A stretch of 64,000 nucleotides of DNA from an uncultured Gemmatimonadaceae bacterium (GCA_963829055.1 CAWHHI010000003.1:224001-288000); one strand, 5' to 3'; shown: positions 11,001 to 22,472, counted from the stretch's first letter. Translations and numbers: made by a program. Notes: generated by a model not told the origin, from the letters alone.

Positions 11001-11390
11001 AAGTACGCGGCCGAGGCGGCGAAGATCGCCGCGGCAGGTGGGCGCGTGGCGGTGGGGTCGCACGGCAACCTGCAGGGCATCGGCTACCACTTCGAGATGT
11101 GGGGCCTAACGATGGGCGGCATGGCCGCGCACGAGGTGCTCCGGTCGGCAACGATGGTCGGCGCGCAGGCCATCGGCCACGCCCAGGATCTCGGCTCCAT
11201 CGAAGCGGGCAAGCTGGCCGACCTGCAGGTGCTCGACGCGAACCCGCTCGACAACATCCGCAACACGAACACGGTGCGGTTCGTGATGAAGAACGGCCGG
11301 CTCTACGACGCGCTCACGCTCGATGAGGTGTGGCCGCGGCAGGTGAAGCGGTCGACGTCGCAGTGGTGGATGGCGGCCGAGCGCCAGTGA
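8006..11390 (+). CDS. Secreted amidohydrolase with N-terminal TolB/PD40 beta-propeller (several frameshifts)
   Basis: TTDEGTWMSVDVAPDG, PRFSPDG repeats, PGYVDTHAH metal motif and GSIEAGKLADL, across ORFs 8028, 9384, 9862, 9962, 10363, 10856 and 11046. Confidence 0.85.
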
Positions 11391-11443
11391 CTTCGACCTA
11401 ACGTGTCCCGCGTCGCGCGACTCTGCGACCGCGGCGCTCGAGG

Positions 11444-12730
11444 TCACGGGCCACACCAGGTCAGCATCGTCCGCGCGAGCACCTTGGTGCAGGTGATGAC
11501 CTGCTCGAGCGAGACGAACTCGTCGGCGGCGTGCGCGTTGATCACGTTGCCGGGACCGTACAGCACCGCCGGTATGCCGGCGTGACGGGTGAACAGGCGC
11601 AGATCCGTCCCGCATGGCACGCCGAATATCGACGGCGGCACGCCGACCACGGCCTCGTGGCTGTACGCCAGGCGCTCGATGATCGGAGCGTCGAGCGGCG
11701 TGACGCCGGTCTCGAACTGTCCTTCCACCCATTCGATGACCGGCGGATTGTCCCTGAGCCAGGGCCGCGTCGCCGCCACGTCGTTCACGGCGGCCACGAG
11801 CGCGGCCCTGGCATCCTCCGTTGACTCGTTAGGAAACACGCCCAGCCGGCCTTCGGCGACGAGCACGTCGGGAACGGTGGACGGCCAGTCGCCCGCGCGC
11901 ACCGTCCCGACGCTGAGCGATGCCACGTTCTGCGGATCGTCGAACAGGGCGTCATGGAAGCGGCGATGCCGGTCCGAGTTCAGCTGCTCGAGTGCCGTCA
12001 TGACGGGAATGAACTCCGTGATGGCGCTGACGCCGTGCGGCTTCATGCAGGCGTGGGCGCCCTTGCCGTGCACCGTCAGGCGAAACGTCAGGGCGCCGGT
12101 TTGCACCGGTGCGATCCGAAGGTCCATCGGCTCGACGATGATGCATGCGTCGGCCCGATAGCCTCGCACGATGGTGGTGAGGGTCCCGACGCCGCCGGTC
12201 TCTTCGCCGATCACGCTCTCGAGCAGCACGTCGCCGCGGAGCTCGACCCCGATCGACCGCAGCGCTCGGACCGCGAAGGCGGCGGACGCGAGCCCCGACT
12301 TCATGTCGCACGCGCCGCGGCCGTACAGCCGGTCGCCCTCGATCTCGCCGCCCCACGGGTCGCGCGTCCATTTCGTGACGTCGCCCGGCGGAACGACGTC
12401 CATGTGTCCGTTCACGATGAGCGAGCGGCCGCCGCCCGAGCCGCGCCATCGTCCAATCACGTTCAGGCGGTCGGCGAACGGGATGGCGTCATCGCAGAAC
12501 GCCGGATGCCCCTCGAGCTCTTCGCGAACGGACGGGATGATCTCCGTCTCGAGGCCTAACGACTCGTACTGCGCCGCCATGGCGCGCTGTGCCGCCTGCT
12601 CGCTGCCCGACACACTCGGAATGCGAACCAGCGACCGGGCGAACTCGACCAGCTCCGGGGCCAGGGCGTCGACTGCGGCGTCGACGCGCGCGGCGTCGAC
12701 TGCACCGCGGGCGTTAGGGGAAGCGCTCAT
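11444..12730 (-). CDS. ArgE/DapE family (M20) deacylase
   Basis: NGHMDVVP, YGRGACDMKSG, GEETGG, HAADE. ATG at 12730. Confidence 0.9.
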   Translation of the reverse strand: MSASPNARGAVDAARVDAAVDALAPELVEFARSLVRIPSVSGSEQAAQRAMAAQYESLGLETEIIPSVREELEGHPAFCDDAIPFADRLNVIGRWRGSGGGRSLIVNGHMDVVPPGDVTKWTRDPWGGEIEGDRLYGRGACDMKSGLASAAFAVRALRSIGVELRGDVLLESVIGEETGGVGTLTTIVRGYRADACIIVEPMDLRIAPVQTGALTFRLTVHGKGAHACMKPHGVSAITEFIPVMTALEQLNSDRHRRFHDALFDDPQNVASLSVGTVRAGDWPSTVPDVLVAEGRLGVFPNESTEDARAALVAAVNDVAATRPWLRDNPPVIEWVEGQFETGVTPLDAPIIERLAYSHEAVVGVPPSIFGVPCGTDLRLFTRHAGIPAVLYGPGNVINAHAADEFVSLEQVITCTKVLARTMLTWCGP

Positions 12731-12749
12731 GCGGCGTCGCGGGTGGAAG

Positions 12750-14127
12750 TCAGGAAATCGACGATCCGGGCGTGTGTGACGTGCCCGGCGTTCTCGTACT
12801 TCGACGCCACCAATAGTATGCCGGCACGCCAGAGAGCACGACGGCGAGGCCGATGGCGGCCCGTGCCGGCTGCGACGCGATGGTGTTGAGGACCAGTGCT
12901 GCAGCCGACGCAACGAACAGTAGCGGGGTCACCGGATAGCCGGGCACACGAAACGGCCGCGGCACATCGGCCAGCTTCCGTCGATACACGAAGATGCTCA
13001 GGGCGCCGAGCCCGTAGAAGATCCACGCCGCGAAGACGACGTACGTGAGGAGCTGGTCGAAGCTGCCGGTCGCGGCCATGACCATCGCCCACGCGGAGCC
13101 CGCGATGATGGCGATCGCCGGCGTGCCGAAGCGGGGGCTCACCTCCGAGAGCCGGGCGAAGAACACGCCGTCGCGTGCCATCGCGTAGTAGATGCGCGAC
13201 GGCGAGAGCACGCTCGCGTTCGTCGCGCTGAGAATCGAGATGAGAATGAGCGCGCTGACGATCCGCGCCGCGCCGCTGCCCACGGTGGCCGTGAGCGCGT
13301 CCGCCGCCACGCGTTGCGACTGCGCGACCGCCGCTGGCCCGAGGGCGGCGACATAGCCGATGTTCGTGACGATGTAGAGCGTCGCGACCGCGGCGAGGGC
13401 CAGGGTGATGGCTCGCGGAAACGTGCGCTGCGGATCGCGCGCTTCGCCGGCGAGGCAGGTGACGTACTGCCATCCCTCGTAGGCCCAGAGCACGCTGATC
13501 ATCGCCGCGCCGAAACCGCGCGCGGTCGGCGACGCACTGGCGGGTGTCGTCAGCACGGCGCCCGGGTCGCCGACCGCGATGAGCAGGAGGGCGAGGCCAG
13601 CGAGGCCGGCGACCTTGATGACGGTCGTGTAGTTCTGGAGCGTCACGCTCCGTCGCGTGCCGCGGACGTTGAGCACCGCGAGCACCGCGATGAGGCCGAC
13701 GGACACGACGCGCGCTGTTGCCGGCGACATTGGGAACCAGCTGTCCCAGGTAGACGGAGAACGCGACGGCGAGCGTGGCCAGCGCTCCGGTCGCGATGAC
13801 GAAGAACGCGCTCCAGCCATAGAGGAATGCGGGGAGCGGACCGAACGCGTCGCGGATGTAGACGTAGATGCCGCCGGCCTCGGGGCGCATGGCGCCGAGC
13901 TCCGCGTAGGTGAGCGCGCCGAAGAAGGAGAGGAGTCCGCCGGCCGTCCACACGCCGAGCGCGAGGAGGGTGTTCGTGCCGGTGTTCGCGAGGACGAGCC
14001 CGGGGACGAGGAAGATGCCGGAGCCGATGACGATGCCGATGGCGGCGAAGGCCAGGTCGGCGGTGCCGAGCAGGCGGGCGAGCGGCGCGGAGGCGGCGGG
14101 AGGGGCGATCGGCACGGGCGCCAACAT
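12750..14127 (-). CDS. APC family amino acid permease (frameshift near 13730)
   Basis: IGSGIFLVPG, ALTYAELGAMRPEAGGIYVY, WAYEGWQ, GEARDPQRTFP, RPFRVPGYP. Confidence 0.9.
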
Positions 14128-14219
14128 GCCGACGAAAATGGTATACAGCAACGGTACGCCGGCGCGAGCGCGAAGCTCGTGGTCTTCGCGCTCGGCCAGT
14201 AGCGTGGAAACTGGGCCAG

Positions 14220-15553
14220 CTAGCTACAGGCGTTCGGGTCGTTCCAGTTCCGCGCCGGCTGCGCGCTCGGCAACGGGATGTTGGTGTTCGTGTTCCGCTC
14301 GGACTGCGCGTACAGAATGCGCCCCGGGATGCCGCCCACCGCGCCCTGCGCCGGCGTGAGCGCCGGGAGACACGTGCGCTTCCAGTCGTTCCACACTTCC
14401 ATGTTCTGGAAGAGCGCGATGTACTTCTCCGTCATGATGTCGCTGAGCGTCGCGCTCCCGACCGCGGGGAGGCCCGCGTCGGCTCGCTCCGCGTTCAGCG
14501 CCGTCAGCGCCGTGTTCGTCTGCCCGAGCCGGAACGCCGACTCGGCGATGATCAGCTGGTTCTCGGCGTACGTCACGATCGGCTGACGGTAGTCCGGCGC
14601 AACTCGCGCGTCGTCGAACGTGGAGATCGTGGCACTTCCCTGCTGTCCCGGCGCCGCGCCGACGTACTGGCCAGCCGCGTTCGGGTCGAAGTACTGGGCG
14701 AGCCGCGGGTCGTTGCGACTCTGGAGCAGGTTCACGAGAAACGCACCCGGGCTCATGTATCCCGCGCGCTGAATCACCGTGAACTGGTACCAGGAGTTCT
14801 GCTCGTTAGGGTCATCGGACTGATACGACAGCAGGTCGTCGCCTTTCTGCAACCCCTGCTGCGCCTGTGCGAGCGCGGCCTGGTACGCCGACGTGCCCTG
14901 ACGTTCCGCGACGTGCAGGTAGAATCGCGCCTTGAGCGTGTGCGCGAGGCGCAGCCACTTCGTCTTGTTGCCGCCGTAGAACAGGTCGGCGCCGGCGGGG
15001 CCGGTGCCGGTTCCGCCGAGAAGGGTGATCGCGGTGTCGAGCTTCGCCTGAACCGCCGCGTACACCTGCTCCTGCGGGTCGAGCGTCGGCGAGATCGTGT
15101 CACCTACGGCCTCGCGAGTAAGGAATGTCGCCCCACACGTCGGCGGCCACGCCCACGGTGAGCGCCTCGAGCACCCGCGCCGATGCCGCCGTACACGTTG
15201 TCCTTCGAGCTGTCGGCGATCGCCTCGATCTTCCGGATGTCGAGGAGCCCGCCGCCCGTGTACACCTGGGAGAACGGACCGTTGTACGCGTCCTCGCCGT
15301 AGTTGTACACGCCGAGGTCCTTGTACTGACGGTCGGTGCCGGCGCACTGCTGCATCCATACGCACACCGTGCGAGCGAGATCGCTCGTGTACTGCTGGTT
15401 CAGCGCGGTCTCGGTCGCGACGAGGAGCTGGTCCGCGTTCGCGGCCGTCGGTTGATTGGGATTGGTCGTCGCGTCGGGCGCCGACAGGAAATCGGAGCAG
15501 GCGGTCGTGATGCCCAGCAAGGCCGCTCCACACACAACAAGTCTGATTCGCAT
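14220..15553 (-). CDS. SusD/RagB-like outer membrane lipoprotein (frameshifted)
   Basis: Lipobox ITTAC, WLRLAHTLKARFYLH, DPRLAQYF, EKYIALFQNMEVWNDWKRT. Lies directly downstream of susC. Confidence 0.85.
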
Positions 15554-15570
15554 GGAATCCCTCGAGGACT

Positions 15571-15610
15571 CCATCGGCCATCAACCGTAACGACGGTTGA
15601 TGGCCGATGG
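15571..15610. promoter_or_regulatory. Perfect 18-bp stem-loop between susC and susD
   Basis: CCATCGGCCATCAACCGT-AACG-ACGGTTGATGGCCGATGG. Confidence 0.7.
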
Positions 15611-15623
15611 TGGTGGCTGATGA

Positions 15624-18600
15624 CTATCGATTGATCCCCAGCGTGATCACCAACGATCGCGTCTGCGGGTTGTTGAAGTAGTCGATGCCCTGCGCGGCCA
15701 CTTCGGCGCCGCCGAGGTTCGTCTCGGGATCGATACCGCTGTACTTGGTCCACGTCGCGAGGTTGCGTCCGGCCAAGCGGAGATCGAGACTCGTTACGCC
15801 GAGGCTCCGACTGACCCACGGACCCGTGAAGTGTAGCCGACCGAGATCTCGCGGAGCTTCACGAAGCTGCCGTCCTCGAGGAACTGAGACGCGACGGTGC
15901 CGAAGCCGCTGCCGAGACCCGTGTACCAGTTCTCGCCGATCGGAACCGCCGTGCCACTGCCTGGGCCGAACACGGCGCCACTCATGAAGTCCTTACCGAA
16001 CGTCCGCTCGTTGCCCGTGCACGCCAGGTTGTCGGTCGCGTCGTACGTGCAGTTGGCGCGGAGCCGCGTCTCGGCCGCCGTCCCGAAGTTGTCGAGCGCG
16101 CCTCTGCGTGCCGTTCCAGATCACGCCACCCCGACGGATGTCGAGGAGGCCCGACACCGTGACCTTGCGCCAGCGGAGGCCCGTGCGAACACCGCCCGTC
16201 CAGTTCGGATTCGGGTCGCCAATGACGCGCTGCGTCGGGTCCTGCGACCGGGAAGCCATCCGGGCCAATGTAGAGCGCACCGTTAGGCGCCTTCGCTGCC
16301 GCGCAGGCGGCGTTGATGTCCGTCGGCGTTCCCGAACCGTCGACGTCCACCGAGTTCGGCGTGCCGTTGCGGCACCGCACGAAGTCGTAGCTGCGGAAGA
16401 CACCGATCGGGTAGCCACGCACCGCGGACACCAGCGTACCGGTGAAGAAGCCACCCGTCGGGAGGTCGACCGCCTCGGCGCCGCGTGAGCGTCGAGCACC
16501 TTGTTCTTGTTGTGCGCGTACTGGAAGCCGAGATCCCAGTCGAAGTCCGTGGTGCGAATCGGGTGGAGGTTGAGTGACGCTTCGATGCCCGTGTTGCGAA
16601 TGACACCGGCGTTGGCTCGCCTGCACGTTGTAGCCCGTGGACGCCGCCAGCGGCAGATCGAAGATGACGTCGTGCGCCTTGCGGTCGTAGTACGTGAAGC
16701 TCGCGTCCGCGCGATCCTTCAGGAACCCGAAATCGACGCCGGTCTCGAACTCACGCTGGTTCTCTGGCTTGAGATTGTTCTGCGGCTTGCGCAACGCGGT
16801 GAACAGGCCGCCCTGGCCGCCCTGGCTCGCGAGCAGCGCGTCGCTCCACGTGCTCGTGAAGAAGCCAGACGAGTAGTAGCCGTTCGTCAGGTAGACGCCG
16901 GGCTCGGTGCCCGTCTCGCCCGTACGCCGCGCGCACACGCCCCTGGCTCAGCAGGCCGCCTAACGTCGTGTAGTTCGTGAAGTTCCACGCGAGCGTCGCG
17001 GCCGGGAACCAGTGCCGCCGGTTGCTCGACGCCGAACGTCGAGAACCCGTCGTTCCGGAGCGTCGCGGTGAGGTAGAGCTGGCGCCAGAACTCCTGCTGA
17101 TACTGCCCGAAGTACGACTCGCCGCGGACGAGCGAGCGGAAGTCGTTAGGCGTGCGCGTCGTCGTGTTCGTGAGCACGAACGGCTGCGGCGCGATCAGGT
17201 CCTGCCCGGTGACGATGTCCTGGCGGAAGTTGCGGCTGTTGAGGTTGCCGCCAACGACGAATCGCGACTCGAAGCCCTCCCAGAACGACTGCGTGAACGT
17301 CGCCGTGAGGTTGTTGTCGAGCTGATAGTTCACGAGGTTGCCGCGGATCACCTGGCCCGTCGGGAACGACGAGCTCGTCTTCGGCAGTGTCTCCAGCCGC
17401 TCATCGCTCACGTAGTCCGCGCCAACCGTTAGGCGGACGCTGACCCACTCCCTCGGATCGTAGCTGAGGCCGATGTTGCCGAACGCGCGCCCGACCTGCT
17501 GGCGTGTTGTCCTGGTTCTTGATCGCGAACAGCGGATTGTCGTAGCCGCGCGACGTGTTGATCGACCCGGTCGATGGCTCCGGGAACCGGAACGACCGAT
17601 GCAGCCCGGACGCCGGGTCGAGGTACTCGAAGTTGTTGAACTCGGGCGGCGTCCGCCAACTGCCGAGTGACACACCCGACGTGTTCGAGCCCTTCTGCAC
17701 GAACTTCCCGCGATCGTCCACGTACGCGACGTTGCCGTCGAGCGCGGAATCCGGCCGGGCAGCGTCTGCGACGCCTTGAGCCGGACCGAGTACCGGTCGT
17801 ACCGATCGTTGTTGCCGACGACGATACCGTTCTGGTTGCTCGCGCCGCCCGAGAGATAGAACGTCGTGCGATCGCTGCCGCCGGAGACGCGTCAGCGTGT
17901 TGTCGTACGTGACCCGTTCTCGAACAGGTCGGTCGAGTGGTCCCACGTCGGCGTGCCGGCAGCGAGCTTCGGGCCCCACGTCGTACTCGTTAGGGAGCAG
18001 TCGGGCTTGGTGCACGTGACGCCTTCGCCGCCTGTGCCCTGGCCGTACTCGCGCTGCAGCGGCTCGCTGCGATAGAGCTGATCGATGCGCGTCGTCGAGC
18101 GAAAACCGAGGGTGATGCCGCCGGTCGGCTCGCCCACTCTTCGTCGTGATGAGCACGACGCCCTGCCCCGCACGCGCGCCGTAGATCGCGGCCGCCGCGC
18201 CGGACTTCAGAATCTCGATGTTCTCGATGTCGTTCGGGTTGATGTCCGCCGCGCGATTCGGGACGTCGGTGCTAGCCGTCGGCCCACCGGTCGGCAGTCG
18301 TCGAGTTGTCGATCGGCGTGCCGTCGACGACGAACAGCGGCTGCCCGGTTCCCTGAATCGTGTTCAGGCCGCGGATGCGGATCGATGACGACGAGCCCGG
18401 CGATCCGGACTGCGACGTGACGGTCACGCCCGGCGCTTTCGCCGCGAGCGCGTTGACGACGTTCGTCTCGTTCGAGTTCACGATCGTCGACGAGTCCACC
18501 GGCGTGCGCACGGTACCGATGCGCTCGGCTTGCGTGGCCGTGCCGGCGCCGGTGACGACGACCTCACCGAGTTGCAGTGGATTCGCCGCGAGCGTGAAGT

Positions 18601-18924
18601 CGTGCGTGATCGGTCGTGCCCGGCGTCAGCGTCACCTGGATCGAGGTCGGGCGGAAACCGAGCCGCCGCGCCTCGAGCGTCGCGGTCTGTCCGCGAGGCG
18701 CGCGCGGCGGGAACGGTGAACGAGTAGCGTCCGTCCTCGCGGTCATCGAGCCGAGGCCGAGGCCAACGAGCGCGACGGACGCGCCCGGCATCGGTTGGCC
18801 CGTCTCGTTGACGACGCGTCCCGGAAACGGTGATGGGTTGTGGTGTCTGCGCTCGCGCGAGTGCTGGCCACGCGACCGCGACCATTAGTGCCGTGGTCGT
18901 GAGTCGACAATGCATCCGTGTCAT
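15624..18924 (-). CDS. SusC/RagA-like TonB-dependent outer membrane protein (many frameshifts)
   Basis: Signal peptide and carboxypeptidase-regulatory-like N-terminus; [56 protein letters not shown]-terminal [14 protein letters not shown]. Confidence 0.9.
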
Positions 18925-19324
18925 GCGTCCTCCGCATTCTGCGGTAGGGTGATCGCATGACCACCGTCCCCATGACGGCGGTCGACCGTCGGGACGACAT
19001 CAGGATGCATTGCCAGCGAACGTGCTTCGACTGCGACCGGGATGAACGTCTACAGAGAGCTACACTCGCGAGCTGCCGTGCCCAGACGCCGGCTCCGACG
19101 ACTCACGACCGGTCATCGAACGACGCGATGTCGGCGCGTCGATGGTTTCGGCGTGAGTGGCGGAGCGATTTGCAAATCGCGTGCACCAGAGTGGGACGAG
19201 CCCAATTAAGAAGTGGTGAAATGCGATAGTTGGGATGTGAAGCGAGCAGGACCGACGTGTTAGCTGCCGTTAAGCTAAGCGCGAACGAGGGTGCCGGACC
19301 TAACGCCAGAGGCTGCAGCATTTC

Positions 19325-19454
19325 GCTGCACGCTGGGCACGTCTGCCGACGGCTGCATGCTGCGGCCGCACGCTGCCCGCTGCTGCCAATACCGCCCGGT
19401 CACCCACGCGCTGCGCGCTGCTCGCCGAACGACCCAGTCCCAGTCCCCAGTCCC
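19325..19454. repeat. Dispersed repeat, copy 1 (about 97-bp core shared with 44008-44104 in reverse orientation)
   Basis: Core GCTGCACGCTGGGCAC...CCACGCGCTGC(G/T)CGCTGC, with 7 mismatches in about 97 bp by hand alignment. Ends in CCCAGTCCCAGTCCCCAGTCCC. Confidence 0.9.
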
Positions 19455-19557
19455 ACCATTCGATGCACCACTCAATGGAACGGTCGTCTCCGCCTAACGC
19501 GGCCCTCGTATCACTCGGCGGCACAGGCTGCCCGGCTCGCGCGAGAGAGCGACAGAG

Positions 19558-21084
19558 TCAGCGCGGCGCTGACGCGACCTCGGCCCTGAACGACCCGGTC
19601 AGGACTCGGCCACGACGCTTGACCTGCACCCAGACCGTGTAGTCGCCGGGCCGTGGAAACGCATACGGGAAGTAGACGGTATCCTGCACGGTTGTCGGGG
19701 CGTCCATCCCGTGACGCATCCCATCGCTTCCATCGGTTGCTTCCGTCCGCGCGAGCCTCGACTGCGCCGCGAGCGAGATGGTTCCGAGCGGATGTAAATG
19801 GATGAACACGCTGCGATCATCGCGCACGACCACCGCGTGCCCTGCCATGCCGAGGTACGGTTCGAGCGAGGCCGTGTCGCCCGACGGTGGTGTCACCGCG
19901 AACCGAAGACCCGCCTCCTCGTCGGCGGTGAGTGGCCGGCCGTCGCGCACCCATGTGAGCGTCGTACCATCCTCGAGCACGGCGCGCGTCGCATCGCCAG
20001 TTCGCTTGGCCGTAGCCCACGATGCATCCGAGTCCGCGACGCTCGCGACGCTGTCGCTACCGGAGGCGCTAACTGTGGCCGAACCGCTCGGCACAGTGAT
20101 CGATGACGTCAGCGTCTCCGTGAAGCCGCTCGCGTGTACGATGTCGGCGAACACGGAGTAAGTACCGGCCGGCAACGGCGGCAGCGCGGCCTCGAACGTC
20201 ACCGTGTCGATCGTGGTCGGATGGAGGTGTGCGAACGCGCTCCGTCCGTCCGACGCGACGACGAAGAGATGAACGAGCTTGTCGTGATCCGTAATCAGCT
20301 CGCTCGGCTGCGGCAGGCGCCGGCCCCTGAGCCACCCCACATCGTTGCAATGCAGCCACGCCGAATCAGTGATGGCGAGTAGCAATCGCGGACGCGGCGC
20401 CGCCGGTTCCAATCGCGCCGTCACGGACATCGACCGAAACAGATTTCTCGCGAATCGCCTGTCCTCGGCCCGCCACCACGCCGCCGTGCCGGTGATGACG
20501 AGGACGAAGATGCCGGCCGCTCGCGCCATCGCCCACCGGGCGCGCCGCTGGCGCTGCGCATCCGGCTCGGCACCCGGTGGGAGTACGCTCTCGCGGACGG
20601 CGGCGCCGACAATGGTCACAATGCCTAACGCCAGAACGAGGCCGGCGATGCACAGCACCGCGGCGAGCGGACGATCGAACCCGAGCCGGCGGCCGGCGAC
20701 GGCCGTGAGCGGCACGACGATCGTTCCACTCCCCTTGCCGCCCTGCACGGCGATGGTGACGCTGTTGGAGCCAGCGGTCATCACCCATAACCGCGTGCGA
20801 TACCATCCCGGATTGTCCGCAACGGGCGCCGCCACGTCCGGCGGCGGCGTGCCGCCCGTCGCGTCGAAGCGATTGACGAATGCGGTCACGCGATCGACGC
20901 CCGGCTCGTTCGCTCGCACGTTGACGACAGCAATACCGGGAACGACCGGCGGCGCCTGAACGTGTACGAGCACGCGATACGGTCCCGCGGGACCGTCGTA
21001 CCACGCATCGGGGCTCCCAATGTGCGCAGAGCAAACGACGACCGCCGCGGCAAGTATCGTGGCGTGGCGGACGCGGCGCATCAT
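19558..21084 (-). CDS. Membrane-anchored His-motif protein (putative metal-binding; PmoB-like topology)
   Basis: Signal peptide ending VVCSA followed by HIGSPD; two hydrophobic helices; HDKLVHLF..FAHLHP and GMAGHAVV..FIHLHP motifs. Intact ORF. Confidence 0.75.
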   Translation of the reverse strand: MMRRVRHATILAAAVVVCSAHIGSPDAWYDGPAGPYRVLVHVQAPPVVPGIAVVNVRANEPGVDRVTAFVNRFDATGGTPPPDVAAPVADNPGWYRTRLWVMTAGSNSVTIAVQGGKGSGTIVVPLTAVAGRRLGFDRPLAAVLCIAGLVLALGIVTIVGAAVRESVLPPGAEPDAQRQRRARWAMARAAGIFVLVITGTAAWWRAEDRRFARNLFRSMSVTARLEPAAPRPRLLLAITDSAWLHCNDVGWLRGRRLPQPSELITDHDKLVHLFVVASDGRSAFAHLHPTTIDTVTFEAALPPLPAGTYSVFADIVHASGFTETLTSSITVPSGSATVSASGSDSVASVADSDASWATAKRTGDATRAVLEDGTTLTWVRDGRPLTADEEAGLRFAVTPPSGDTASLEPYLGMAGHAVVVRDDRSVFIHLHPLGTISLAAQSRLARTEATDGSDGMRHGMDAPTTVQDTVYFPYAFPRPGDYTVWVQVKRRGRVLTGSFRAEVASAPR

Positions 21085-21103
21085 ACCTGTATGCCCTGTA
21101 TGC

Positions 21104-22301
21104 TCAGCGCTGTACACGCGCCATGCCCGCGCCAATCCAGAGACCGATCCGTGATGTCGCGATGGCGGTGAGGACCGCGATCGCGAGCCCACGCGCGAGA
21201 GCGCCCGCACTCGGGGCACCGTTCCAGAATTCGTGACGCCACGTGCCGGGTCTCAGATAGTAGTCCCACTGATCCGCCGCGAACACGAAATTGCGCGCGC
21301 CGGGACTGAGCAGGAACTCGGCCCACCACCAGTGCGCGACGAACATGAGCGCCACGAAGGCGACGCCTAACGCGCCGGCGAGCCGCCAGTCATGGCGCGA
21401 GCTGTGGCCGCGCAGACGTCGCATGAGCAGATCGATCGCGACCGCCGGCACGACGAGCAACAACGGGAACGGCGGTGCCACCATGTGGGTGATCGGGTTG
21501 TAGATCGGCGCCAGCTTCGCGGTTGCCGGAAAGAGCTGCAGCGTCCACATGAGCACGAGCACGATCGCCATGTACACGCCGGCGGTCGTCGTCGCCGGCC
21601 AGCGCAGTCGCGAGGGACGCGCCGTCGCGACGAGAATGAGCGGCACGCCGATCGCCGTCAGGATGAAGAATCGCGCAGAGTGCATGTCGTTCGGGAACGC
21701 CGCGTACTCCAGCAGTACGGTTGCGTGCATCGTGAGCAGGATGCCTGCTGACGCGGCGTACAGAAGGCTGAGTCGTCGCTGCTCCTCATGCGCGGCGCGG
21801 TTCTGTCGCGCGAGCGCCATGAGCATCGCGCCGACCTGGATCGCGATCATCCCCCACGCGAGCACCATGTGCGGCGGACTCATGATCTTGACGTCGAGCC
21901 CGTACGCGTTGTGCCACCAGTTATCGAACGGCGCGGACGCGATCATCATGAGCGTACCCCAGATGCAGACCCAGGCGCCGAGTGGACCGCGAAAGCCCCA
22001 GAAGCGGACGCTGTGCGCGAGGTCGGCGTCGCGTCGGCCGAACGTCGTCCGCAGCACGAGCCATCCGCAGCTCGAGCCGGCGACGATCGCGGCGAGCTGC
22101 TCCAGCAGAATGTGGCGGTGACCAGAACGTGTCGCGCCCGATCGAGCGGTGCCACGAGATGTCCCAGATCAGCCCGACGACGATGCAGATGGACGCGCCG
22201 ATCACCGCGTAGAGCGGCCACGTCCGCTCGGCCGCTCGCGAGACTGTAACGGCGGAGGCGCGGGTTCGATTCGGTCGGACGGCGTCGAGGGTTGTACTCA
22301 C
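21104..22301 (-). CDS. Polytopic membrane protein with two DxxxH-x12/13-H motifs (PmoC/AmoC-like), one frameshift near 22109
   Basis: WDISWHRSIGRDTFWSPPH (22110-22163) and FDNWWHNAYGLDVKIMSPPH (21869-21925); many hydrophobic segments. GTG start at 22301 is inferred. Confidence 0.75.
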
Positions 22302-22396
22302 AATCTCTCGATTCGAGGTCTGTCCGAATGTGTCGCCCGGACGATCCGCTGGGTACGTGCGCTCCCTAGAGTAAGTGGAGCGAATCACGGATAGCG

Positions 22397-22472
22397 TGTC
22401 ATTCCGAGCGGAGCGCCCGCGCAGCGGACGCGCAGTCGAGGCATCGCGATCATCCCGGTAGAGGGTCCCTTC
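22397..22472. repeat. Truncated (left half) REP-like element
   Basis: TGTCATTCCGAGCGGAGCG...GCAGTCGAGGCATCGCGATC..GGTAGAGGG matches the left arm of 69-188. The right arm is missing. Confidence 0.8.
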
